DNA of 64,000 bases from the NCBI GenBank assembly GCA_039545335.1, contig BCIN01000002.1:695118-759117 (forward strand), written 5' to 3'. Positions 24,900 through 37,838 of this stretch are shown here, piece after piece. The position numbers and the translations under genes are program-made. How positions within the stretch are numbered: the first letter of the stretch is position 1; each line of letters opens with the position of its first letter. Below the pieces are notes generated by a model, which saw only the letters and a list, made by a program, of their open reading frames with translations, had not been told where the DNA came from and made no database searches. This DNA is from Kondoa subrosea. Lineage: Eukaryota.

Positions 24900-25327
24900 G
24901 ATAAGATTTGGATATCGATCGAGGAAGAGATATGGGAGCAAAAGAATTTTGGTAGAAGAAGAAGAAGCGATGTCAAAAGTAGTTTCGATGCGAGGCAACA
25001 ACGAAGTTCACCCTAATTCTGCCTCCCGCATACCAAGCCCGACCTCAAGACTTTCACAGCCCTTTCTTGATGATCTATCCAGTCTTATCAGTAGTGAGCC
25101 GTCGGAGCGCTTACGGTTGATCAATTATGCTTGGTTTCGATCGCATTATAGTACGTGTTTCCCGCCGTTTTCATGTCTCACTTTGAGCTTGGTACTCTTC
25201 CCTCGTAGCCCAAGGCGGCTAGTGCTGATAAGAGATGGGCCACTCTTATCTATAGAAATTACAATGGCGGGCAGCAGAAATCTTCTCTTCTTCCTCTCAT
25301 CTCGAATCCTCTCGACTCATTTGCATC
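24900..25327. promoter_or_regulatory. Bidirectional promoter with GATAAG sites
   Basis: 428 bp between divergent ATGs. CTTATCA at 25084-25090, and GATAAGAG (25227-25234) / CTCTTATC (25243-25250) form an inverted repeat. Confidence 0.6.
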
Positions 25328-28300
25328 ATGCTCTCTGTATCCTTTGTACTTGCGTGTCTCGCAATCGCCCGTGCTTCTCCCGCTCCCTGGACTCCATCAC
25401 TCGAATTCTTAGGGTAATTTTTATGCATTTGTTAGCTGTTGATCTTGTCTGATTATCTTCTAGTCCCTTTGAAGCTCAAAGCAACAGCGCTCACAACATT
25501 CACGTTCAGTACATCACGCCTGAGACACTTTCTGGCAATCTGGTTTTCGCTTATGGCGACTGCGGAATCCCTCATCATTCTTCCGCGCATCATGAAGTTG
25601 GTCGCTTGAACATCGAGCAACATGCAAGTGAAAAACCAACTAGATTTGTTTGGCTGGTCAGTTTTGCGCTGTGTCTCGGATGCTATTCAGCTTATCGATC
25701 AATTAGACACCTGAAGAGATGCCTACTGGAGGATGTCTGCATGCTTTCAGTGATCTTGGCTTGGTCGGACAATCTCAACCCGTAAGTGTTAGCTTGTATT
25801 TGGGTCGAAGATTACTCATATTCTGTTGTCTGGAGATCGACGTCCGTCGACGTCCAGGCGTCAAGCGCAACACTCTTTCGGCCGTTGGTGACTCGCTAGG
25901 AGCATGGTTCGGTCAGTCTTCGTCGTGCTGTCAGTGATGACACTCTGAATGTTCGGCAGACGGAGTTGCATACTTGAAGACCAAAGAGCCCTCGGAAAGC
26001 TTTGTCGCTGGAAAGAAAGATCAGCGGATCGGTATTGTCGGTGCAGGAATGTCCGGTTGTGAGTCTGCTTTGGGAGTTTCGATCGTTGCTGAAATTTTCC
26101 TTAGTAATGTCTGGTCTATTGTTGGACTCGGTCGGCATGTATAACTGGGAGATCAGCGAATCCTCTAGCAGGATCGGAGGGTCCGTCTAGCTGATCATTG
26201 CCTCTGGTTCCTACTGATATGATGCTATAGTCGTCTGCACACTTCTTACCTGAACAATACAAAGCCCGAAGATTATCAATACCAAGAGTAGGTCTTCGCT
26301 TTTGACAATTTGTACTACTATTAACTGTTCTCTCTCGCAGAATGGGACCAATGAGGTTGGGCTTCGAGCAATTTCCTGACTTCTGCGCTGACATGTTCTT
26401 CTAGATTCCCCGTCAATGTTAGCTGGGAAGGCGAAACGCTCGAGATCCAAGATCACAAGATGGTAAAGTATACTTTTACTAATTACGTACACATCTTGAA
26501 TCGGGCAATTAGGTCTTTCAATTGGCCGACGTCCTGAACGAAATGAATGCGGACAAGGATCCAGCCTATCAAGTCAATTTTATTCCGTATGTCTGACGTT
26601 GTTAAGAAGAAAGCTACATCTGAACAACGTCTAGTTGGATCCAGGCGAGTCCTAACAATTATGCCTACACCGAAGGCCTACGCAACCCGGACGGCACCGT
26701 ACCCCGTCGCAGCGAAAGACCTGGTCTCGTGATACCTCAGAAAGAAGCCGCAAAAGAAGACGAAGACTTTGTTGCAGCTGAAGGCAAACTAGAGGAATTT
26801 ATCGGATTTGAGGACAAAGCCGTCCAGTCTGCTACCAATGTCTTCAGTGGGCCCTCTTCCTTCTCTCGCTATCTCTGCTGAACTGACGCAATTGACAGAG
26901 GCCCACAAGCAAGCCATTGAAGACGGTTTGATGGACTGGTCTGAGGCTTTGTACCTGCGTTACAACCAATCGTACGTGCAGAATTTAGCTTTTTGTTCGA
27001 AGCTAATTCGAGGTCACTCCAGTATTCCTATTTCAAAAACATCAGCAGCTTTTGGCACTGGGACTTTATGGGATGAGATATATGATGTAAGTCATTGGCC
27101 ATCATATTTAGATACACATATATTGAGCTTGAACGCAGGGCGTCTACTTCTCTGCTGCAACCTGGAAGACGATCGATAGAGGTCTCAACCGCATCGCAGA
27201 AGCTTTCCATCCTATTGTCGATGAGAGGATTACCTACAATAGACGCATTGAACGTTTGGACTACAATGAAGAAACAAAGAAGACGTCCATCTATTGGAGA
27301 GATAATGCTTATCAAGCCAAACAGCAATCCATTTCGTATGATAAAACCTTGGTTGCAGGTATGACAAGTTTTGAATCCACATCGATGAAGGCTGACAGTC
27401 TGTAGTTCCTTTCTCCGTTGTGAAGCTCTGGAGGTTACCTGAGCTCAGTCCGATTATGACTGAAGCTATTCAATCGCTTGGCTACTCTTATGCTTGCAAG
27501 GTCGCTTTGCTTTACGAGACAAGGTTCTGGGAGGTATGTCAAGAGCTAGTTTCTGGGTCTTTCAATCGACTCGTCTTACATGTTTGCTCCTAGCATATCG
27601 AGAAACCAATCTACGGAGGATGTGGATCGACAGATATCCCAGGAATTGGATCTACTTGTTATCCAGCCTGTGAGTTCACTTCCCAATACAATACAATCAG
27701 GGCTCTCATTGCTCTCTTGAAGACAATTTGAACGGTACCGGCGCCGGAGCGATGTTGGCCTCGTATACAAGTAAGTTAATTAATATATGGGTTTTTGTCA
27801 TGTGCAGTCCTGACGTAATCTGTAGCCGGGACTGGTCCATCTTTACAAGCGTAAGCATTCCTCTTATTGGCCATTGTGACCAATCTTACCTTGCTTTAGT
27901 ATGTCGGAAGAAGATCATGTCGCTCTCGTGGTCAATGCTATGATCGAAATTCATGGACCTATCGCAAAAGAGCAGTACACTGGCATCTATGACAGAGTAG
28001 TAAGTCTCATTTTGGGAATATATCCGGATAGTCTAATGTATTTTGCGCAACTCCTCAGTGCTGGGGTTTGGACGAAAATCAAGCTGGCTCTTGGGCTTCT
28101 CCTTATGTCGGACAACATGAGAGATATATACCAGAGTACCACACTACTCACAAAGGACATACTTTCATCGGCGAACATACTTCGGTTCTTCATGCTTGGA
28201 GTGAGTTATCCCCCGTCCACCTCTTCCGATCTTGTGTATTTGCTCTGATGATGTTTCTTCAATAGTCTTCTCAGCTCTTGAGAGCAGCGTCAGAGGAGTT

Positions 28301-28440
28301 GTCCAGATTTTACTTGATGATGGTTTGGTCGACGAAGCCAAGTTCATCGTTGACAAATGGATGGCTGTAAGTTTTCTGCTCAATATCTTCTCTCCGTATC
28401 GTCTGATGGCCGTCTTCTACAGAGGTGGATCAGTGTCTAG
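25328..28440 (+). CDS. Secreted L-amino-acid oxidase (flavin amine oxidase family) with N-terminal pro-domain
   Basis: Signal peptide MLSVSFVLACLAIARA-SPAP. Pro-domain NIHV..AYGDC..RFVWL|TPEEMPTGGCLHA and a KR site. FAD-binding IGIVGAGMSGL, ESSSRIGG|RLHT, QE|MGPMR|FP, ACKVALLYETRFWE, FIGEHTSVLHAW and C-terminal KWMA|RWISV*. Confidence 0.9.
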
Positions 28441-28613
28441 TGTTTGCAAGGTTCACCAAGAAGAAGATCATGATATTAGGGCTCATGCGGAATCGAAATA
28501 GATTAGGGCGATAAACGAATGTAGAATACATCACGAAATGGGCAATGCAACGAATGATCAGTCACGACTTCTCTATATAGTCACAAAAGCTGTCTCTTTT
28601 CTTGTTGACAACG

Positions 28614-31108
28614 ATGATGTCGAAACCCTCTTTAAAGCGGAGTTCTTCCAAAACAGAGCTATCCACCCCAGGTGCCTTCAAACTACAACGCACGCGTACT
28701 CCAAGCAGTAGCAGCAGTGCCTTTATCTCCAAAGCGAATGAAAGATTGGGAGCTTTATCATTCGAGCAACAACGCAGGAGATTGGAATCCCAGTTGAATA
28801 CTGCAGAAGCTACAATAGCTGAATATGAACAACGTGTGAGATTGGCTGAATCAAAAGTCAGCGAAAGGGAAGCAAGGATAGCAAGGCTGGAAATCGATAG
28901 GTCGAATTTAGCTGAACGAGAATTGGAACGTAAAGAAGACAGACAAGAGGCTGCTTCTGAGGCTTGGACAGCTGAAAAGGTGAGACATTTCACAATCCTT
29001 GCGATTCCATAGCAAGCAACTCATATTACTATTCAGAATCAACTTCTGTCTCAAGTCGATAATCTGCAGTCCGCTCTGAGCGATCTACAAGACTCTCATG
29101 ATGAATTGGAAACCTCTCATCGTTCACTTAGTCACTCCCATTCATTAGCAGAAGAGAAGCTATCACTGTCGCACAGAGCGCAAACGGATCTTCAAGCTGC
29201 ATTGGACGAGAAACAGTCCAGCCTCAATGAAACGCGTAATCGATTATCAGAACTACAATCCTCTTACTCTGCACTTGAAGCCAAACAAGTTTCTTCCACT
29301 TCGTCTTCTTCTTCTTCATCAGAGTATGATTTGATCAAATCTGAGCTCAATAGACAAGTGACCCACTTGAAATCCTTGGAAGCTTCCAACGCTCGCTTGA
29401 CTAGAGAAAACACAGTCTTGAAACAAAGAGATCTAGATTTGGATTTACTGAAAGAAGAAAAGAAGTCTTTGGAAAGTAAAGTTCGAGCTATGACTGGGTT
29501 GAGAAGAGAATTGGCAGAAACGGAGAATGAAGTTCAAAGGTTGTTGAGAGAGAAAGAAGAATGGACAGTTTATCTTCGATCATCAGATCAAGATGATGGT
29601 TCGATAAAAGGCGAAAGTCCTAGAGAGGTCGTCAAGAATCTCGCAAGAGAAAGAATTGCGAAAGTTGGTTTGGAAGAGAGGGTCAAAGAAATGCAAAGCG
29701 GAATGAAGAGAAGGGAAGCAATGATTGAAGAATCCGAAGATCGCATAGAAGAACTTGAGAAAGCTCTGCGCAAACAGAAAGAAGAGAAGAGTATTGTCAA
29801 TGATACCCTCAGGAGATCAAAGAACGAAGTTGGCTTGCTAGAGAAGGAAAGGCATTTCCTGAAAGCTCAATTGGTTCGTGATGCGATAATCATTTCAGCC
29901 TTACAGCTGATTATGTTATGGTATTTATGGACAGAACACTTATACTATCGAAGAATCGCAACTCATGTCAGCAGAAACCTACGATGCTCAGAAATCAGAA
30001 CGGATTCTTCAGCTCGAAGAATTGCTCAGCGTACATCAGTCTGAGCTGTCTGAAGCCAGAAAGGAACAAGATCGGCTCAGAGGCTTACTAGAAGTAGCCG
30101 GCGGCAATACTACTGTCCTGAATCAACCCGAAGAAGACGATACAGCTACAAGTCTCAAACTCAAGCAATCTTCGAGAGATTTGCTCCAAGCGATTGAATC
30201 ACTTCAACAAGGTAAGTCATCCCTTTCTTCTTTAGTAGTACGCTAGGTACTGATGATACACATTGTTGCATAGAACTTTCAGAACTTCAATCTTCCAACG
30301 AGATGCTGTCTCGCGATGTTGAATCTTACGAAACGCAACTCGAACGTCTACAAGACTTGGTAGGCACAGGTGCTTTCAATTCAGATACAACTCGTGTGCT
30401 CTCCTTCAAGGACAACCCAGCTTCTCTCGATCTAGCGATCCGTACCGAAACGCTCGACGGTCTGAAGAAAGAGAACGCTGCCTTGCTCGACCAAGTAGAT
30501 AAGCTCAAGCAATCTCGAGTATTGGAAGAGTCGGAACAAGCTACTGAGAAAGAGAAGACCATTCCCAGAGCAACTTACGATAATGCGGTTCTGGAAAGCC
30601 AGAGATTAACTGAAGAAATTAGCAACTTACAGAAAGCGAAGCTGAGATTGAACGAAGCTTTCAGAATCAAAGCGCAAGAAATGCGCGAAGCTGTCTCTAC
30701 GCTCCTTGGCGTAGGTATATTGTGCAACATTTGTGGATTTATGCTGATGTGAACTCTACAGTATCGTCTAGATCTAAGAGAAGGAGGTCGAATTCGTCTG
30801 ACCTCAATCTTTGCTCAATCCTCTTCTCATCACTTGATGTTTGAGCCTGCTTCAACAGCTGAAGGCGAAGCAAGGAGTAAAGAACTGGTTCTCGTTGGCG
30901 ATGGCGAGGGGATGACAGATGCAGAGAGAAGATCATTTCAGTTCTGGATTGCAGATCGGCATTCTGTGCCGGGCTTCTTGGCTAGCTTGCTGCTCGAAAA
31001 CTATGAGAACGCTACTGTGAGTTTTGCGAGCCCTTTTCCTCTGATCTAAGAGTGCTTACTTGTATTGATCAGCGAGGAGGAAAATTTGCATCCTTTGTTA
31101 AAGGCTAA
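28614..31108 (+). CDS. MAD1: Spindle assembly checkpoint protein Mad1
   Basis: Long coiled coil, Mad2-binding-like TRVLSFKDNPA, and C-terminal MREAVSTLLG|YRLD..IRLTSIF..VPGFLASLLLE. Confidence 0.88.
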
Positions 31109-31113
31109 GCACA

Positions 31114-32155
31114 TCAACCGAAGGCCCGCTCCAGTTGGCTGTATATAGCGAAGATCAAGGCCGAAGATGGAGCACTTCGCAACACCGTCACGCCGCATCC
31201 GCTGTACAATCCTCTCAACCCTCGATGCTTCCAAAGATCTTTTCCAGTAGCCAAGAAACTCTTTGGTGTCTTGCCTAGTTCTTCAGCTGTTTGGATCGTA
31301 CTCTTGATACTGTCCGCGGGGAAGAAGAGAACTGTGTAACCCGTTCCAGCTGCAGCCCCGCCAAGCATGAATTCGCCTGTTGATAAATCTTTCTTTGTGC
31401 TCCCTACACCTCTTCGTGCAACAAAAGCTCGAATAGCCAATTCAAATGAAAGAAACCAAGCCATTCCACCACCTGTTTCTCGCAAAAATGTCCCCGTTTG
31501 ACCTAACCATAATCCTCTTGCACCTTTTTCTTTGATTGTACTTCTTATCAAGGATATTGGTCCAGGAACGGCGCCTGATTGAGGAGAAGAAAGCATTTGA
31601 ACTTGCATTCGACACTTGATGAGTTCGATTGGGGTCAAGACAAAAGAAGTAGCTGCTCCTGCTCCTGCACTGGCTAAAAGAAGATGAGAAAGCGGTTTAG
31701 GTGTCTCTGGCGGGAAAGCGGAAGAGGGAAGGAGATGCTGGATCTGATTGTAAACCACAAACAAGGTTGCATTCTCTGCCATTGCGCCAATCACCGGCAT
31801 GGACAAGCCCTGCACTCTCGTGTCAGCGTTGACTACGGATTGTAGCTTGAACTTGCGCGATATAGACCAAGCAATCCTTCGTTGCGAGCTGTGCGAAGAA
31901 AGCAGTCGACTGGTCCTTTAAATTGAAGCGGTTTATTGTAATCTTGTGATTGCAGGCGTACTTTGACGAGATCCAAGGGGTGCTGCAGCCAAATTGAGCT
32001 AAATCTTTCGACAGCTCGAAATGTCCGTCACCTCATAGATCTTTGCAACCATGCCTGCGAACTGCAGCTACTCCTCAATATCATTCTTTGTCCAGGTTCT
32101 GTGATCAACGCACAGATCCATAGCCTACATCCCTCCAAGCTCTGTCCGAGCCCAT
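31114..32155 (-). CDS. ORT1: Mitochondrial carrier, ornithine/basic amino acid transporter-like
   Basis: Carrier signatures HPLDLVKVRLQ, TPIELIKCRMQ and FPADSIKS. AMAENATLF and GQTGTFLRETGG are typical of the Ort1/Arg11 clade. Confidence 0.8.
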
Positions 32156-32418
32156 CTCAACTTAGTCAATCTCGGCTGTCCTTCGCCTTGGTTCGAAGGA
32201 CACCTGCTACTTGGTGCGCTTGTGCTTCAGGAATCTCCACTATTCTTGCAAAACCAGAGCTTCAACTTCGATTGAAAGGAGACAAGCTGGAGAGATGTAT
32301 TATTGTGTATTTGCAAGGAAGTTAGGCAAAGCATCGGGATGCCGCAAAAGAGCAGGTTATATCTTCAATCCGCTTTCGTAGCTCAACAGACACACTATAT
32401 TGTGCACCCAGGGTATCA

Positions 32419-33930
32419 TCAAAGTAGAGCCCTAGCACCAAACCATTCCGTCAGCTTGTTTGCAATCTCTTCAGCCAGCTCATCCGGCGCTTCTTGAGCA
32501 ATGAGATGTCCAACCCCTTGCATCTGCTTAAGCGAAGGCTTCAAATGAGATGCTTGTTCCATAAGCATGCGAGCATTGATGCCTCTGCCAAATAGAACTG
32601 ATTCTTTGGCGTCTGCTAAGACAAGGTGACATTTGACTGTCGAAGGGACCTTGGCCAGTTTCTCCCAGGAGCCTCTTGCGCCTTGCAAGCGAGGATCCAT
32701 GAATGTGACCTGTTCCGTTCCACTTATGAGTCTTCTTTCGTTTTTTATGGTCCTGAATTAGTTGCACGCACAGCTTCTTGCTCTCTGTCCATCTTGAGCA
32801 CTACCAACCCATCTTTTGTATCCTTCAACCCAAAAGCAGCATACCGTTGCAAAACTTCAGGTGTCCATTTCCCAAAGAAGTTCTTATTCTTTTTCCAACC
32901 TTCCAAAGCTTCATTTCTACTCTTCCAAGCTTCTTTTCTCACTAAAGCTCCTTTAGTTAAAGGATAAACCGTTTTTGCATTGGCTAGACTTGGGGGAGTC
33001 AAGACTGGATCGACGAGGATGAGACCTTTGATTAAGCCAGGTGGAAGGAAAGAGTTGGCGACAGTCATTGATGCTCCGCCTATACTATGACCAACACAGA
33101 CTATTGATCTATTGCGCCAGTTTGTCACGTCTAGATTTGAGGGAAGTGTAGAAGGTTGGAGCTGCAGTAGAGCAGGTGACACCGGATGCGCTTCGAGTGC
33201 TGGAAGAGGAGTGCAATTGGTAGGCGGTAGATAGCGCAAGATGAAGTTGGCCCAGTCTCGACCGACATCGATCCAATCGACTGTAGAGATGCAATCGACA
33301 AACAGTCAGGAATGGCGACAATCTGTCAAAACTACCTACAAGCGTCTCCTAGATGGTGCAAATTCAACGTAGCGCTGTCACCTTGATTCACTACATCTAG
33401 CGACCAGATTTCCTCGATATCGACAGCTGAAGTCTTCCGCAATTGGATCAACAGCTCGTCAATCGTAGGCTCCCAGGTCTCTTCAATCGCGATCTTAGAC
33501 ACAGAAGGAGCGCGATCGGAAGCTCAGACCAACCTTTGTGCATTCCGTTCGCATGAGCCATAATCAATGTTAAGCCTTTGCCTTTGAGAGGTTTTCGTGG
33601 TACATAACGATTGACAGCGATGAAAAGAGGTGGGCCTTGAGGATTCGCTGAATCGTTGTACTGTGCTTCATTCTGCACTTGCTCCAGATCTGCTAGCTCT
33701 TGATCTACTTGAGATGCATCTTTCCGCTGTGGTGTAAGGCTGTAGGTCTTCTCTGGTCTTTGTGAACTGGTGCAGGGTAATCGAGAACGAGGATAGGCTG
33801 CTTGAAAGTAATGTTGAGAGCAGATCCAATCTTGCGATGGAAGAGCTCTCATCGTTCGCGAAGGCAAGACATTGCTTGGAGAGGCAACAGGAGTGTTTAC
33901 CAGAGGCAGCGTAGGCGTTATGTCTACCAT
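32419..33930 (-). CDS. Alpha/beta hydrolase (Lpx1-like)
   Basis: LIMAHANGMHK, N.GDSA, nucleophile motif VGHSIGG, LILVDP and GHLIAQEAP. Confidence 0.85.
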
Positions 33931-34005
33931 CTTTTTGGATGTACAAGAAAACAGCTTAATGACCGAAATAAGCGGAGGTGACAACGAAGCTTAAAATACA
34001 TCAAG

Positions 34006-37000
34006 TTAGAAAGAGAAGTCAGCAATGTCTAACATCGGTTCCTCTTCTACAAGCTCTTCTTCTTCTTCGTCACTTCCAATCAAAGCAGCAGGTGTTTTCG
34101 GTGCAACTCTCTTTGGACCTCCTCCACTCTCCTGACGCTGGTAAGCTTCTGCGAACTCTTGAGGTGTAGCTAAGATGGAGACTAATGGGTAGAACTTCGT
34201 GAGTAGCTCAATTCGGCTTACTAGCTTGTTCGATGCCTTTGTCATCTCGTAACCGCATGAATCGAGGAAAGCGAATGCTAAGACCGCGCTCTCCCGCTAT
34301 CAGTCCTTTTGCAGCTGGATACACGGGCCTGTGAATTCGCTTCAGTACTGTATTGTGTTCAAGCAAGGGAAACGTACGATAATGTGATGTCTTTAAAGAG
34401 GCAGTAAATATGGTCAGCTACTTATTGCCTGCAAACATGGCTGCTTACCAGCTCCTCTGATCTATGCCGTAAGAGACACAATTAATGCATCATTCGGCAA
34501 AGCGATCCATCTGACTTACCTCCCAAACTTCGCTCGGCTTGAAATACCATTGCGGCGTCAAGCCAGTCTGCATCTTCGCAAAAGGAACTCTTCCACAAGT
34601 CTCCGAGTCCTTTGGGTACCTTTCGTTCAGGTCCTTGTAGAACTGATCTGTAAAGCCAGAAATACACTTGCAAACCGCTTGATATTCTTCCGTATCTGGA
34701 TTATAAACACCAAGCAAGATAGGTGACCACCAAGATGCTTTTCTTCCTTGTCCGTGCCAAGCTCCAATTGGTACGAGATCGAGCGAATCACCTCCCGTTT
34801 CAGAATAATCTTTCTTGACTTTCATCCATGCATCGGCTCGTTTATCAGGCGTATATGAAGCAAGCAACAGTTTCTTTCGACTCTTCTTGGTAGGCGAAGC
34901 TTTCTTGCCTTTAGCTGGCGAAGCTGTTTCGGGCATATCGTCTTCACTAAACAAATCATCGGAATTCACTTCTTCTTTAGCTAAAGCTGGAGTGAAACCA
35001 TCTGCTGGGATTTCATGATCAAGTATCTTAATCATCAAGCCTTCACATTTGTTACTGATCGCTTCATCCATCCAAGCTTGAACTTCGGTCAAGTCTTCTG
35101 CAGTTGACAGAATGGAAGCGACATGACCAAACTTGGCCAGAGCTGGGTCTTCAGGTTCATAAGGTGGAAGATGTTTGTGCAGGAGCTCTCTACGAGTACG
35201 AAAGGTTTCGGTGAGCAGTGACTGTTCAATAATTTCAGGACGCAGCTTTGAAGGGCAGGTGAGTAGACTTACTCGCCCATTTAGATGCATCAGGTCAAAG
35301 GCAAAGATTTTTGCTTTGACTTTCACGTCACCGATCTGTACATCCTTGCGCGCTCGATTTGCCAGAGTCTGAAAGTTTTGAAGCGCGCCCGTTTCGGCAT
35401 CGATAGCGACGATCTGCGAGAATGTCAGATTAAGCACAAGAATGATAGAGAGACGAATGTACCTCAGCATCAGCTACGAACGATTCTACACCGCCTTCGG
35501 AAAGCAAGAGAGGAATCAGGCCCAAGATGTCAGGATATTTGTCCGTCATCTGCGGTAAAATAACAGATAAGCCCTTAGCAGACAAAACAGATATATCCAC
35601 TCACATCTTCCAGATGGCGACTGAAAAGCCTCACATACACGGACTGATTTTCACCAATCCATTTCCCGCCTTTGCCCTTCACTTTGACCGAAGTAGCGCT
35701 TTCGACTTCCGGTTTCTCTTCTCTGCCTCTAAGTCGAGCATGGATTTGAACACGTTGGCCATCATACTTCCATTCTGCCGCAAATTCTGCGTTGGGCTGT
35801 AATCGAGATTGTACGTCTTCGAGATTGCGTGTGATCTGACCCAACATGTTTGATAGAGGCGTACCGACTGAAAGAGGAACAGCTTCTTCTAGTCCAGCTA
35901 GACCGACTTTAAGTAGAGCGGGCTGTGAGTACAGGATATGAAAACACATTCAAACGGTGCAATCCCGCATTCACTTACTATGATATCAGAGTAATTAGCT
36001 GTGAGACATTGCATATGAAATATCAGCGAAAGACGGAGAGCCATATTGTCACGCTCACGATGTCTCACATAAACTTTCCTCATCAGCCCTTCAGCTTTTG
36101 CCAATTTCTCCATGACCGCTTTCCTTCTGGGATCATCTTTGCCTTCTTTTACAGTTTTAGCCACAGCTTTGATGCCTTCACATTCAGCAGGAGAAATGCT
36201 CAAGCCTTCAGCATCAGGTCCAGCAAGACAGAAACACCTTGCTAAGGCGTTGGTTACTGTTAAGCGGACTGCGCCAATTCGAAGATGAGCTACGAGCGTT
36301 CGACCAAGGTAGCGGACTTCTTCTCCTTTGGCAGCGACTCTGTTAGATTCATTCTCAAGGCATGAGTGCCAGACTCAGGGAACGAAAATGAACACGAACA
36401 GCATCTTCTGTACTAAAGCTGCTTTCTGATTTGTCACTCCGTTCCCTTTTAATGAGCAAATCTTCAGTAGAGTAGAGTAAACGCCAGAAATACTGAGAGG
36501 AGGAGTTGGTAACAAGGTTCGCTGTCAAAGCTTCAGTTCACTGTCACGGCTCGAAAGGCGAAGAGGAACGAAGACTGACGACTGAGCTTTTTGCATGAAA
36601 GGCAACATCTCCCATATCCCCTAGGCCTGAATCAGTATTTCCGGTGATGCTACGGTTGTTTTGGCTCACCATAGGTATTCCACAACTTCCCCAATTCCTT
36701 CGATGAGCGACCCGAAGAGTCTTTGAGTGCTTTAGAGAGGACTTGACTTCCTAGACCAAGTTCTACACCTTCGTATGCTGGAGCAACATGATTTGTGATG
36801 AGGTATACGGCTGAAAGAAGGACTTCAGGTTGATAAGTCAAGATCGTTCGAAGCGTGTTTGTAAGCACAGTAACGATAATCAATCTTGATCGAGTAGAGG
36901 AGATGAGAACGAAGGCAGCAGTAAGGAAAGAGTAAGGTATTTCTTGACCTGATTTGGGCCAGGAAGAGGAATCGATGTCGATGAGAGGATTGAAAGCGAA

Positions 37001-37474
37001 GATATCTTTGTCCAAAGGGTACACAACAGGTTCACCTTGATTCGTACTTGAATTGTGAGCGAAGCCAATCATGTTCTTCGGTAATGCTGGCTTGACATCA
37101 GGCTTTACATCTACTTGTTCTGCTTTCACTGATGTCTCCTTGCTGATGGAAGGCTTCATATCCTTTTCTTCTGCTTTCACACAACCCTTCTTGCTTTTGG
37201 ACTCGACCTTGATCTTGCTACTTGACGCAGGCAGTTTCGAAGTTGAAGCAACAGGTTTCTCATCGCTGGAGGACAGGTCGATAATCTCAATAGGCTCATT
37301 CACGACGGCCCTTGCTTTGCCTTTATCAACGCTAGACTTCTTTGAGCTCGAAGCTTTGGATGATTTCTTGAGTTTCTTTGGACTCGAAGGAGATTTGAAG
37401 AAAGAGTCCAGGCTGCCTTGCTCCTGCTTTCTCGGCGTCTCTTCATCATCCGACGCTGCTCTCTTCTTGCCCAT
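34006..37474 (-). CDS. ATP-dependent DNA ligase, ligase I family (Adl1-like fungal paralogue)
   Basis: Motif I EWKYDGQRVQIH, CEGLMIK, SYTPDKRADAWMKVKKDY, LDLVPIGAWHGQGRK and SIRFPRFMRLRDDK. N-terminal PIP-like QGSLDSFF. Confidence 0.9.
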
Positions 37475-37838
37475 CCTTTCGCTAGATGGGAAGGTCAAGG
37501 TTTGGTGTAAACAAGTGATAAATCAAATGACGATATGGGGAGACGACTGCTCTTGCTTTCAAAGGCTGGGAAGCAAACGATATCACACCGTGTCGATGCG
37601 AATCAAGCCTTCTTCCGCGAAGAATACATCTAGAATTACATTTCATTGCACACCATTCTGATGCGGCTTCTCTTTCGACAACCCGTTTTGCAAAGCTTGC
37701 TTTTGTCTTTCTGAGTCTGGTTTGCCACATAACAGTGCTTCTTTCTCCCGTGTAGGCGATGTTGCTGACTCTTTTGCTCTGTCCATTGCTCGCTTGACAG
37801 CATCTCTGAAAAATCACAGATCAGCTTTTGTTTCTCCC

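Noticed and set aside
24898..25452. 184-aa plus-strand ORF spanning the Rid/LAAO intergenic region
   Set aside because: It covers promoter/UTR and runs out of frame with the LAAO signal-peptide ATG at 25328. No protein-like motif.
37071..37661. 196-aa plus-strand ORF
   Set aside because: Antisense shadow of the Lys/Ser-rich ligase N-terminal exon.
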